From positions 5,234,360 through 5,298,359 of the forward strand of contig NW_003314261.1 of the NCBI RefSeq assembly GCF_000143415.4: a DNA stretch of 64,000 nt, in the 5' to 3' direction. The notes under the pieces were generated by a model. That model made no database searches and was not told the DNA's origin. It saw only the letters and a program-made list of their open reading frames with translations. Below are positions 1-12,520 of the stretch, piece by piece (positions within the stretch are counted from its first letter, which is position 1; every line of letters starts with the position of its first letter). Source of the DNA: Selaginella moellendorffii (taxonomy: Eukaryota; Plantae; Lycopodiophyta). The position numbers were made by a program, and so were the translations under genes.

Positions 1-2400
1 TAGATGAAAACTTCACAAATCCACATTATTGTCAGCCAAGTGTGCAAGAAGGCCTTCCCACATTAAAGAGTGGGGAAGGAAGCTACTTGCAATCTATAAA
101 ACTTGGGAAATGTGTTAGGCTTGCAACACATTCTATAAGGGAATATCCTTGTGTGGTGGTGACATCCCATTAGGAAGATCGAAAAAGATGTCTATCTTCC
201 CATAATGTGTGAGTTAACCTAGGCTATGGATCCACCTATCAAGCATATAAAGCTCTTGACTAGTAGCATCTAAAAGTTGCATGTAATCCCTAATGAGAAC
301 AACAACTTCCCCAACATTAACTGTTGGGGATAGAGGGCAAACCTGAAAAATAATTATTAAAACTAGAAGTTAGAGATAAAATTCATGCATAGCTATCTAG
401 GTTGTTATCTATAGCATAAGGAGGGATGGGGAGAATGTCTTGGTCCACCAAAAAGACTGGTCACTACTCTCTACAACATCTTTGAGAAAAAAAAGTGAAG
501 TCAAGAATGATTAAAAAATATTCCAAATTTAAGTCCTTACTCATATGAAAGTGTAACCCACAAATTTTTATTTTCTAATTTGCCAACTTACCTCATCTAT
601 TCGACCACCATTGCTTTGGCTTTAGTTAAATTCCCTCACCAAGGTTTCTATCTATTATACTAACTTTTACTTGGTCTTACTTGGTTTCAACTACTCATTG
701 CACGAGTAACAGAGTGTTAGCCATCCATCCACAAATTCCTAATTTCTCTTTCAATACCCCTTCCCGAGTTACACTGGACTTAAGGTTTGGCTACACAAGC
801 AACTAAGCATACTAAGCCTCCAAGTTCCTAACATCTCTTGGTATAATAAAACTTGATCATGAGATCCTCTAAATCCCAAGCCTTAAGTGTATCACTTGTT
901 TCAGGACCTCGGGGGGAAACACCGTGACCTAACAACTCGGTATAGGTACCTCTACTCCCCCACCTCCATCTTGAAAGGAAGGCCCAAGCCCCTAAGAAGG
1001 AGAGAGGACCAATGAGTTATAAGGTACTCAAGTGGGGCACCACTCCACATGAGTCAAAAGCACCATAATTGATTTCCTTTCCAGAAGTGGGAGTTACTTT
1101 TGAGCACTTCTTTGGGTGGCCCCTTTAGCACCACCCGAGTCCATGCTCACTCAATTAAGGCTCCTAAGCCCCAATCTCAACCTCAAGTTGATTTGGAAGC
1201 ACCACTAAAGAGTTCTTTCAAAATTGGTTCTTAGACCTCACTATCCCTACTCTACTTTTGGAACCCCTTACAACCCCCTTTGTTGGAGGATTGCTTTGGG
1301 CTTTCACACCACAATTTGTAATAGTATTTGGACTCGGTCTTGGATTTGATTTTGGACTTGGTCTCAGGCCCAATCTAGGACTTGATCTCGGACTTGGTCT
1401 TGGACTCAATCTTGGACTTGGTCTCAGGCCCAATCTCAAATCTTAGACTTGGTTTCAAACTCGGTCTTAGACTTGATCTTGGACTCGGTTTCATCTGATG
1501 AACTCTTTATCATTCTGGTCATGGTTTCAAGGATTTTTTAGCCTATGACATCTCAAGGAGCTAGTTCCTCATAGAAAGGCTTCACAATAGCCCCTTCAGG
1601 GGTTGCGAGGAGCAAGTATTGGAATCTCTTATACAATTTCCTTTGGTTCAATGGTATTTGGATTTGGCACCTCTTGAATGGTTTCTTGAGTGTGGATTCT
1701 TATATTTTGTTGTTCAACTTCAACAACATTATTTTCATAGTCAGAAAAAACCTCTAGAAAACAAGAATATAACTCAAGGTTAATATTTCTTAGCTAAACA
1801 TTGAGATTCAAGTGAACTTGGATGACATTTGAGGTAAAGATCCAACTCAAAGTCCAATATCAACATTTCCTCCATGATTTCAAGATACCATGGGCATAGC
1901 TCTCTCTCATGTGTACAAGGACAGTAGGACTATGGCTCATACATCCCACTTCTTGCCTCTAGTCAGAAGTCTATACAAAACAACAATTGTGTATATAGGT
2001 GCACTGGAGCAATATTTTAAATATCTACAAAGTAAAACAAATATTTCACAGCCAAGTGTTGAGAAGTTTTAAGTAGAAGCTTTGTTTGCCAAAAGATATT
2101 TTACTCTTGCAGATGTTGTAAATGAGCTCCTTTAATGCTCTATTAGTTCCTACACACACAGAGAGTTATGAAGTGTTTTACAAGTTTTAGAAGAACTAGG
2201 CGAGAACAAATCTCGACAATGCTATCGAGCCATTTCTACTCGCATTATATGTTTACAATTAAGAGCAACTTTTTCACCTTTTTTTCTTTTTGTATTCAAA
2301 ATTTGCCACTCAATCACATGCCACTCCATCTTATTTTGCTTGTTGACCCCTTGGGCATTTTTAAAGAATGAGGCTCTTTCTCCCTTAATTATAGAGCGTA
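1..2400 (-). mobile_element. Heavily decayed LTR-retrotransposon-like remnant
   Basis: No intact ORF. Composition is retroelement-like and it contains a degenerate GAGACC/GAGTCC-type array. Boundaries are approximate. Confidence 0.35.
1325..1495. repeat. Degenerate tandem array (GGACTTGGTCTT-type units)
   Basis: Repeated ggactcggtctt/ggacttggtctc units. The reverse complement resembles the GAGACC/GAGTCC arrays in family C LTRs. Confidence 0.6.
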
Positions 2401-2961
2401 AAAAATATTATATAAATTAATGTATACTTCAACACTAATTTATTTTTACCTAGATAGCAACTAGAAAATCAAGTGGCAGTTGGTACCAAGCATGTAATTC
2501 TTGGCCTTTTCCTAGTTACAAGCTTCACTTGAATTGCTTCAAAAACCTCACAATTATACAATGTTTTAACCTTTAGTGAGAGCATGCTAATAAACTGATG
2601 TTCAATGTCATGTACCAATATATGAGTTTGAAATGCAAACTAATTTAGCCTGCAAAAACATGATATTGGCTAAGTTTACAAAAAATAAATTTTTACATAT
2701 TAATTTTATACCATGTTGAGCTTCATAGTGTTCTTTTAAGTCATTGGTTCGATAAGTGTGACTAGAATACTAATGTGTCATTCTTCATCATCTTAGAACT
2801 TCTTCTGAATGCACTTTTAAATGCTAGCTACCTATGGTTTTCATTAATCACTTATAACAGCTTTTCAATGAACCCTATTGTAGTGCATGTGATTTTGACC
2901 CTTTATCCTATGGTGATTTACCATAGGATAACACCACAAAGCAGAACCTAAACCCTCTTTG

Positions 2962-4021
2962 TGCCACGTGTCCATGCCATGTGTCACATGCCACGTGTCC
3001 ATAGGAATCCGAGGTTCAGGGCCTTGGGCTGCTGAACGAAGGAACAGTGCCAAACTCCCAAGCGTGGAGCCAAGGAGTGATGGAACCAGACCACGGAGTG
3101 ACTCCCGAGCATATAGCCCAAGGAGCGAAGGGACAGGAGCCCAAAGCGACTTGGAACAATCCTGGAGCAACCAGCATCCCAATGCCAGGACCAGCATGCA
3201 AAATGGAGCCAAACGGAGTCTGGCGCTATTTCGGCATACCGGTGGCCTAACGTGAGGACATGGGTACTCCACCAGCTAGCATGGAATGGAACTTGGGCTT
3301 AGACCCAAGCCAGATGCAGAACAAAGACAGGCACGCAAACGGGAGCTATACTATGCCTCAGGTTGGTCGGCCATGCCCAACCTACCCACTATCCCTACTA
3401 TACATTTGGAACCCCCCACAGCCCCCCCCCCCCTCCCCCCCCTTGAGGAACACACGCTTTAGGCTTTCACCCCAAGCCTCCCTTAGTATCAAGAGTTAGT
3501 CTCTGGGACAAGCTTAAAACTTACTAAATATGGAATGTCCCTAGATTATGAATTTGGACACGGGATGAACACCATTTTGTTCAGGCCGATCTCTACATTC
3601 TGTAGATATGCCAAATGAGCAAATCTAGACACTTTCCATAAATAGCATTTGGGACCGAAATGAGACTAACACAAAGGGCATGATAGCGAGGGTGTTTGGC
3701 AGACACGGTAAGCTATCATGTAGCGATATTAAGGGACCAATCTCAATACGCAAGGGTTCTTCTCAAGCTAGTGCAAGACAGAGCAAAAGAGAACTAAAAA
3801 GCCAGGCCAAGTATGCTTGGCTAAATAGACACTTAGGAATTCCGTCCTTATGCTCATCCGGCCAAGTACAGATGCAAAGTCCAGTTTACTAATACTTGAA
3901 CAAGAGGGACTAATAAAGGGTCCAGCAATACCGACCTTCTGCCATCGTGGCAGTAAGGTAAGAGTGTCCATAAGGACTAGCCGACAGGTAGCTTTCGATA
4001 CCTGAAGTCACATTCGCAACA
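2962..4021 (-). mobile_element. 3' LTR of old element A
   Basis: Ends ...TTCGCAACA at 4021, followed by ctctcccccc (minus-strand PPT). 3373-4021 aligns with 10217-10731 plus 18343-18476. The left end is tentative (CTTTG at 2957-2961 matches CTTTG at 18477-18481). Confidence 0.65.
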
Positions 4022-4032
4022 CTCTCCCCCCC
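4022..4032 (-). promoter_or_regulatory. Polypurine tract of element A
   Basis: GGGGGGGAGAG on the minus strand, directly before TGTTGCG (LTR start). Confidence 0.7.
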
Positions 4033-7000
4033 TAGGGAAGATCGACGTCCTTGTCGATGCATACTTGAGTCTAGAATACCGCCAAGGAAACAACTCCAGA
4101 AAAAGTTCACGGTATTCACACTATGTGAGAAATGCACCAACTTAAATGAGTTAGGGGTAACCTCTTTGTCTAACGCGGATGCGCTACCAGCTTAGACACC
4201 TTCCGGCCGTCGCCGACAAGGAAATGACTAACGAAGTCAGCCACCCTTGCTGCTCTGGGTGTCACCCAGCTACAAAAGTGTAATATGCCCTTGCTTGCAG
4301 GAACATAGAGAGAGAAGCCAGAGGCCCCAACCCTCCTAAACAAAGAAACCAAACCCGTCAGTAAGGTTTAGATAGACTACTGTAAACAGGCAGTTAGAGT
4401 TGTTTACATGGTCACGCCCTTTCAACGGAATAAGGAACAACGATTGAGAGGCGGGTTATATGACCAGTCGACAGTAGCTACCCCATGACTAGAGATTTCA
4501 ACATGCACACGAAGTGCCGAAGCCAGTCTGCCTATACTGGCCCAAACGCAAAGATCAATATATGGACTATATCAAAGTTGTAGACAATGATATCTTAGAG
4601 ATTTAATTATTAGTGAATATATCTTAGATTAGAATACAAAAGTATTCCAAGTAAGTTATCATCCGATAAACTAGTATTATAGTAGATAGGAACCACCAAG
4701 ATCATCAAAATTGGTAAACACAGGATTCACCATCCAACAAAATTCAAGAGCAAGTATATCATCAAGTAAACTCAATGATGAAACTTAACTACTGAAGATA
4801 GCAGACAGCATGCCAAACAACTCACAAAACACAACTCAAAGAACACAAAGTATCATTGATTAATAAGCACAATGCTCGCGAATGTATCACCTGAAGGAAA
4901 TAACATCCTAATCTATGAGAACGAACTCGAGCAATAATCAACAGAACAAAATGAATGTTGCAAAGCACACAAACGCTTGTTCATATCAACCATTGCACTA
5001 GCCAATCTGGATAGATCCCAGCCAATAACACCAAGGAACTCAAGTTGCCTAAGCAAGTGTCAGCAACATCCTACGGATGTCTCAAACCCAAGAGACCAAA
5101 CCAAAGCAAACCACAAACAACATGTGGTAGAGCAAAAAACCATAAGCCATCAAAGAGAACAACTAACCATCATGAAAGATCATCAATCATCCCATCAATA
5201 AAGAGATGCAAAATCATCGTCTAAGAAGGAATCCACCATCCCAAAGAATATCAAATCATTCTAGATCAACAATAATCAAGCAAAACCTTTGACAAGGATA
5301 ATTAACTATCCTAGATGACAGTCAATCATCATCAATGATTGCTAGATACAAATACTAGCTTTAACATTGAAGCTAGGAGCAAAAATACCTTCCCCCAACA
5401 ACTTCTAACAAATGGTCCACAAGCATTAAAACTCAAGGAACCAAAAGCTTGAAGAAGCTTATAGCTAAGTCTTGCTTAATAATGATCACAAGTCTCGTAA
5501 AAGCTAACTTCAATACTAAAGAAGAAATCATCGTATAACCCACAACATCTTCAACACCTCCATAAACTAAACTTCATAATGCCAAAGCTAATGAAAAGCA
5601 TATCTACATCAATCCAAAAGCTAAGTATATTGAAGTTATGCTCCACAAGTGATCACTAAACGATCCTCCATGAATCCATCTATAACAAGATGTAACTCAC
5701 TTTCATAACAAGCATAAGGAGAATCATCAATAATCGATATATCCCGAACTTAAATCCAATAAGTACTCAAACATTCTAATATTGATCACTAACTCTTCCC
5801 CTCGTAGAGTTACCATAGTCCACGATTAAATCACTTTTCAAGGAAAAGCTAAAGCTCAACCTCTACTAAATAATCTCATCTATAACACAACTAACTCAAA
5901 CTTGCCACTTAGCTCGTTAGAACGTCAATATAGTTGCTAACTAGAAAATGCACGAATGCCAACAACACAAAGCTAAAGCCAAATCATCAACACTATTTTC
6001 ATCGAGACTAATGAAACTCAATATCAATCCGACAGAGAGACATCTCATTTCACTTGAATCCCAATACTAACAATGTCAACGATAGGGCATCACTTCAATG
6101 TCATCAACACCATAACAAAGCTAGAAGAAAGCAAGAGTGAATCACCACTCAAAGCTCTCTAGCAACTAAGCTAACCAAAGTCAAAGATACTTTAGTCAGT
6201 ATCCGAGACCAATCCTCCAACAATACTCAGTTACAGATAACACATCATCAAGGAGTGATTCACCACGTCCAAGACTCAATGAAATCCAACACTACGGACT
6301 AAATGTAACCAAATGATATCAACAGAGGTAGAGTCGATATGCCAACATGAAAAACTCATGTAAGTCTAACGACACGATCCTCCGCAACACCATCAGTAAA
6401 GCAACCCCATCACTGCTAAATCATCATCGAGCAAAGCAAGTGTCAAACAGTCTTCGACAAAGTCTATGAGCAATCACTAGTTGCAGAGCAACCAACAATC
6501 ACTCCTCAACTTGCCTTCACAAGACCCAAACACCAACTCTTGTCATTAAGTTATATACTTGTCCAACATGAACATAATACCCCAAGTACGAGATAAAAGT
6601 TCATAGACAAACACAAACAAAATGACTACTCAAATCGAACTCAACCGCAATAAGCTCACTAAAACATTTAGCCACTAGCTCTAAGCATGCCTTGAAGAGG
6701 CTAGCCATGCATGGTCAACACTTAGTCGAAACTAAAGTGACCATAAGATGGACTCATATCGGTACACAACCTCCTCATAGACAAAGCTATAGTATGGGTA
6801 CCAACACTTTAACTCAAACAACTAAGTTGGATATCACCATCCTCAGCCAAGGCGCAGGGCCACCAAGACCAAGTCAAGATCAGTGAGAGCTCACTACTCT
6901 CATAGAGTCTAGCAAAATGCATAGTGCAACCTGCCATCAAGCATAACGCTATAAAAGAAAGGCACAAGAGTCACCCTTCTTAGAAAAGCGCATTGGCCAC

Positions 7001-8760
7001 TTTTCTACACCAACTCTAGACTCTATCCAACTCAATTGCCTTAGCCTCAAAAGTTAGCATCCCTTTTGGGTTGCATCATACAAATTACTTACCAAGGTCT
7101 AAGTTAACTGAAGTCAACTCCAACCCCTTCACTAGTTTGTACTGGCTTATGAAAACGGAATGGTTTTCGGCAAAGTGACCAACAGATCAGCCATTGGAGA
7201 AGTCTAAGAAAATTTGTGGAAAATTTCCATCCTAGAGAAAGAATGACTCTCAGTCCAAGATTGCAAACTTTCAAGACTCAGCCAACTTCCTCCTACCAAC
7301 AACTTCACATAGGCTCACCTCAACACATTCTCATGACCCATAATTTGCTTAAGCATCGAACATCTTTGCCTATATAACTGACATCCAGCAATGACATCCG
7401 CAAAGTGCAAAATGAACATCCAAGGCTTGATCACGAAGACCACATCTTCGGATATCCACATTGCACTAACACTTTTCTTCAATCACCTTCAAGATCCAAT
7501 GTGAAGCCAAAACACTAACAAGAAAAATGACATGGAAAATCAAGGTCCAATGAAAATTCCTTATCACTCGAATCAACAATGCCACTTCCACTAACACAAG
7601 TGCTAATGATGTCAATGCTTCAAGTACACATTTTCTCCATCCAACAATCTACTCCAAGTGCTAATGGATCAACTAACGAGTTATAATAAATAAATGCTAC
7701 AACCCTTTTCTAACACCACTATGGGCAAACCCTCGAAGAAATAAAGTACCAACTTAAGCTTAACTTAATGGATCACCATTGAGAATCTAGTCAAAGCTAC
7801 TACAATGCTACTTCGTGCAAGTAGACTAGCTTCACCATCAACCACTTTGGGGGTTGATCATTGTTTATCCAAGCAACTTCGTAAACACATTGCTCATTAT
7901 CACATGGATATGATATAAATCACAATGACTTGATCATCAATCAAGCAACACTATGAGCAATGCCCATGTCATTACTACAAAGGTTTATGTGAATATCAAG
8001 TGCCAACTCGATTCGACAAAATACAACATAAATGCCACACCCCATCAATAGAGATTTACAACACTTAACACCACTAACTTTTGTTCACAACACGGACAAG
8101 CCCATGCCACTCTCTTTCCGACAAAACTCAACACTAATCCAACACCAAGCTACTCAAGAGCAATAACAAGGTTCCCCGGAAAAGAATTGAGCATTGCAAC
8201 CCAAGTCTTTCAATAGCAAGCCTAAACAAAATGGTATAACACTTCACCGCTATCCATCCCACAACTCACCATTGTAAGACCACCATCTCTAACATGCATC
8301 AAGATAGGGACTCTTGATTGCATGATGTGAATACAAGCAATGAGTTAACACCTCGTTGCGAATCATCTCTCCGAGAAGAGAAAATGATTTACGTGTTTGA
8401 TCCTTCGTCCCTGACGACTCTCTTTTCGGTCTCATCTTTGACTAAACCTCTAGCTTGCTTTCGCACTACCTTCAGTTCAATCGAAGAAAAGTTTATGAGA
8501 GAGCACGGCCATGACTACTTGAACTAATAGACTAATCCCTATAGTCTTGATTGATCCACTTATAATCATGCCTAGGAAGGATCCACTAATGCCGTGCTAA
8601 ACAGCTACGGACCAGCCTATTTGCCACTCATAGCAAACCCAGGGAGTTTGCTTTCACCCATGGTACAAAGAACAACTCATAGAACCACCAATAGGCTAAC
8701 TTTAATCCTACCAACTCAAAGTGCAACCTTGAGTTGCTAATGTGCCTCATTCACAAGCCC
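4033..8760 (-). mobile_element. Non-coding internal domain of element A (LARD-like)
   Basis: About 4.7 kb, strongly strand-skewed (A/C-rich on +). No ORF >75 aa and no recognisable pol motifs. Lies next to the PPT/LTR. Confidence 0.5.
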
Positions 8761-8793
8761 AAGCGAAAACTCGTGCAAGATGGTAGATAGCTC

Positions 8794-9760
8794 CTACTCT
8801 GTTTGGACAGGGTCATTTCCCGACTGCAACAAAGGTGGACCTTGAGGCAGAGTGAACTTGAGCAGTCGGAGAGGCTTCTTGGGACACACAGCTGCTTTGT
8901 GATTAGGATCAGCACAATAGAGGCAAAGATTATGAGATACTCAACGTTGCTTCTCAACAGGACTTAACTTCCCTCTGATGAGTTAGGGAGTACCAAAGAT
9001 ATCCATCAAGACCGGAGCAGTAAGTTCAAGAGTATGCCCTGAAGACTCAAGTTGGGATTCCTGAGTTTGGGATGGGAAAATGGCGGCGCAGTGACTTTCC
9101 TGACAACGTTCAAAGAGACAATTGTCGCATCGAACAGCTTTGTTAATGGCGTTTGACAGGTCCGTGGGATCCTCCATGGTGAGCAACAAATCCTTGACAC
9201 CGTTATTGAGGCCGAAACGAAATTGATCAATCAGGACCCGCTCATCCCATTGAGTGTCTAAGGCAAGGAGTTGGAACTCCGCAACATAGATCAAGGCAAG
9301 ACGAGACCCTTGAGAGAGACGTCTCATCTTTGTGGTGGTAGCCCGAACTCGATCCATCTCACCAAAATATGCTTCGAGCTTTTCTTTGAACATCTGAAGA
9401 TCCATTAGCTTCGGAACCACGACCCCTTTCATGCTCTTCTCCAAAAGAGGAGAAAACCATGACAAAGCTGCACCTTCGAGCAGCGTCCCAATCGTGCCAA
9501 TTTGAGACTCAGGAGTGGGGTACTGCTAATGTTGAAGTGCAAAGATCAGCTCCATTTGGTTCAGGAATCCGCGAAGCTTCGAACGCTTGCCTGAGAACTT
9601 CGCCGGGAAACTCACCTTTGGTTCAAGAACTCTACTTGATTTTTGAGCCGAAAGTGAAGCAAGCTCCTGTTGCATATGAAGACACCTTCAACTCGGTATT
9701 CTCAGACTGGATTTTCGCAAAGACTTCGGCAAAGAAATCAGGATGGATTGGAGACTCCAT
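8794..9760 (-). pseudogene. gag: Ty3/gypsy gag pseudogene (element B)
   Basis: EPKVSFPAKFSGKRSKLRGFLNQ, LLEGAALSWF, LSQGSR...FRFGLN capsid motifs and a CCHC knuckle CLYCADPNHKAAVC. In-frame stops; no pol follows. Confidence 0.85.
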
Positions 9761-9955
9761 CGGCAAAGAAGAAAGAAAAGGGGGGAAAAAGGCAAAGGCA
9801 ATCAAACAATCAAAATAGGCTGAAGCAAAAGCAAAAAACACAATCTAAATCAAATTGTCAAGAGCCCCAACAAAATCAAGATTCGAAAATACAGAAGACA
9901 AAGAGAAAAGCTAGTTGAAACGAAGAAGAGACATTAGACTAGCTTTGATTTAGAT

Positions 9956-10216
9956 TGTGGAAAAATGGAATAAGGCTAAGCTATATATACTATAGGTTGA
10001 TGAAGCTCCACTACTCTTGGATCAAAGACGGCCTAAATATAGTTAAGGTCGAGGAGGTGCCACATCATCATCAAGAATGTGGTTTGAGACTTAGAAATCA
10101 TACCGGAAATCAAAGAGTTAGGAATAGGGAAGTGTCTCGAGAGTCAGGAATATGGTCTGCAGATTAGGAATCCAGCGAAAGTCAGGAATGTGGCAAGAAT
10201 TGAGGGATTCCTGACA
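9956..10216 (-). mobile_element. Putative 5' LTR of gag element B
   Basis: TG...TGACA-bounded block upstream of gag. It abuts the truncated A LTR exactly at 10216/10217. Confidence 0.45.
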
Positions 10217-10731
10217 ATGCCCAACTTACCCACTATCCCTACTATACATTTGGAACCGCACCCCCCCCCCCCCCCCCTCGCCCCCCTTTCAGGCACACAC
10301 GCTTTGGGCTTTCACCCCAAGCCTCCTTTAGTATCAGTAGTTAGTCTTTATAATAAGCTTAAAACTTATTAAATATAGAATGTGCTTGGATTGCGAATTT
10401 GGACACAGGACGAATACCATTATGTTCAGAACAATCTCTACATTTCGTAAGTATGTTAAATGAACACATTTAGACACTTTCCATGATTAGTATTTAAGAC
10501 CAAAATGAGACTAACACAAAGGGCATGATAACAAGGGTGTTTAGCAAACACAGTAAGCTATCATCTAGTAAATATTGAGGGACCAATCTCAATATTGCGG
10601 GGGTTCTTAATACTAATAAGTGCAAGTCAATAATATGAATTTTTCAAACCAAGCCAAGTATGCTCAGCAAAAAACACATAGAGTTCCTATCTTATGTTTA
10701 TCCGATTTAAGTGTATAGTCATTGACCAGTT
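10217..10731 (-). mobile_element. 5' LTR of element A, left fragment (split by element C)
   Basis: Colinear with 3373-3890 (atgcccaac.tacccactatccctactatacatttggaacc; gacc.aaatgagactaacacaaagggc). Confidence 0.8.
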
Positions 10732-12505
10732 TGTGAGACACAAAATCCCTAGGCCCCAAAGTGGAGCTGGAAGGGTGCCACGTGGTAGTGGCCAAAGCGA
10801 GAGCCAAACGAGCGTAACACGTTTGGACCAAAAGCTCCGACTTGAAAAGTCAAGAGCGGGAGTGGAACTCCCAACGAAGTGCTCGAGGAATGAGCACGAA
10901 GCGAGCAAAAGGCGAGGCTCCAAAAAGGGACCCAAAAGGACCAACACATGACACGTGGGAGTGTCCGAGATGGACTCGAGTTGGAGTCCGAAGTGGAGTC
11001 CGAGATGGACCCAAGTTGGAGTCCGAAATGGAGTCCGAGATGGACCCGAGATGGAGTCCGAGATGGAGTCCGAAGTGGAGTCCGAGGTGGACCCGAGATG
11101 GAACCGAGTTGGAGTCCGAAGTGGAGTCCGAGATGGAGTCCGAGATGGAGTCCGAGGTGGACCCGAGATGGACCCGAGTTGGAGTCCGAAGTGGAGTCCG
11201 AGATGGACCCGAGATGGAGTCCGAGATGGAGTCCGAGATGGAGTCCGAGGTGGACCCGAGATGGACCCGAAATAGAGTCCGAGATGGAGTCCGAGATGGA
11301 CCCGAGATGGAGTCCGAGATGGAGTCCGAGATGGAGTCCGAGATGGAGTCCGAGACCGGGACCGAGACCGAGACCGAGACCGAGATCGGGACCGAGACCG
11401 AGACCGAGGCCGAGGCCGAGACCGAGCCCGAGCCCGAGTCCGAGTCCGAATCCGAGTCCGAGTCCGAGTCCGAGTCCGAGTCCGAGTCCGAGTCCGAGTC
11501 CGGAGCCTGAGAGGGTGAAAGCCCAAAGCGTTCGTCTCCCAGACCCTGGGGGGTTTGGTGAGCTCCAAAAGTATAGTAGGGGGAGGACTGCAGTGGAGCC
11601 AGTTTGGCCAGGAAAGGCCAGTTTGGCCCAGGAAGGCCAGACCCAGTGTTGGGTGATGAACTGACCACTGGGAAGTCCAAGACTAGAGTGAATACGGACC
11701 GACAAGCGGGGTAGCTTGGTGAAGTGTTCAAGAGCCGGCTCTAGTTCCCCCGGGAGATCGACTGGCCGATGCTCCCAGTCCAAGTGTGGGTGGCACTACC
11801 TACTTGGATACCTGGTGTGGCTCAACGGAACCCGCTCTAAGCCCATGGCTAGAGCACCCAAGGGCAGAAGGTGAGGAGAGTACCCAGGTGGCTCGTGTAA
11901 GGCCACGGTGTTCCGAAATGTTGTCCCAAAGGCCCAGACTGTGGAAAGGAAGAGGAGCAGTCCTCTGGGGTAGTGACCAAGGACACAGTCACACAGTGAG
12001 GAAGTCCTAGAGGATAGTGGGACTTAGTGGTCGGGCCAGTGGGCCTCGATCCAGTGGCAATGTTGGCGAACACAGCCAAGGACAGAAAGGGACTTGGTGG
12101 GGACCGGAACAGAGATATTGGGGAAGGCTATTCCCCATGTCTGTAGGCATCCTAAGGATGTTAAGGAGTGGATCTGGGATGATCACTCATGGATGGATGA
12201 CCCAGTCTTTGAGGGACGGGATTGGAATGTAGGTGGTGTTGGACCACCAGTGTGACCGAGGTAAATGGGCATGGCCTTAGCGTAACGGGCCGATATGTCG
12301 GTGGTACCTTGGGGTGTCGATCATGGGATCGGACACGTGGAGCACTTGGACCAAGTGCTAAGGTTGAGTGGCATGGATGCCATTCTCGAGGCTAGCAAGC
12401 CCCAAGTCCTGAGTTGGGCTTATGGAGGTTGTGAATGAGACTCCTCCAAGTGGTCGGAGGTGTGGTTAAGTGACTGAAGTAGAATGGAAAAATTAGTCGC
12501 TTACA
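10732..12505 (+). repeat. 5' LTR of element C (1774 bp)
   Basis: TGTGAGAC...GTCGCTTACA; direct repeat of 16570-18337. Confidence 0.95.
10965..11501 (+). repeat. Compound minisatellite/microsatellite in the C LTR
   Basis: 12-mers GAGATGGAGTCC / GAAGTGGAGTCC and 11-mer GAGATGGACCC, grading into 6-mers GAGACC, GAGGCC, GAGCCC, GAGTCC. Confidence 0.95.
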
Positions 12506-12508
12506 ATT

Positions 12509-12520
12509 TGGTATCGGAGC
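12509..12520 (+). promoter_or_regulatory. Primer binding site (tRNA-iMet type)
   Basis: TGGTATCGGAGC, 3 nt after the LTR end; one mismatch to canonical TGGTATCAGAGC. Confidence 0.85.

Noticed and set aside
8965-9000. CTGATGAG resembling a hammerhead ribozyme core (retrozyme)
   Set aside because: No stem II-GAAA or cleavage-site stems follow. It is the antisense of gag codons (LIRGK).
10965-11501. Possible CRISPR-like array
   Set aside because: Units abut with no unique spacers, there are no cas genes, and the context is a eukaryotic LTR.
10687-11783. Long overlapping ORFs in many frames (also 16507-17615 and 59806-60891)
   Set aside because: They arise from the stop-free GAGTCC/GAGATGGAGTCC array in the LTR. 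The peptides are low complexity and the frames are not conserved in the solo LTR.
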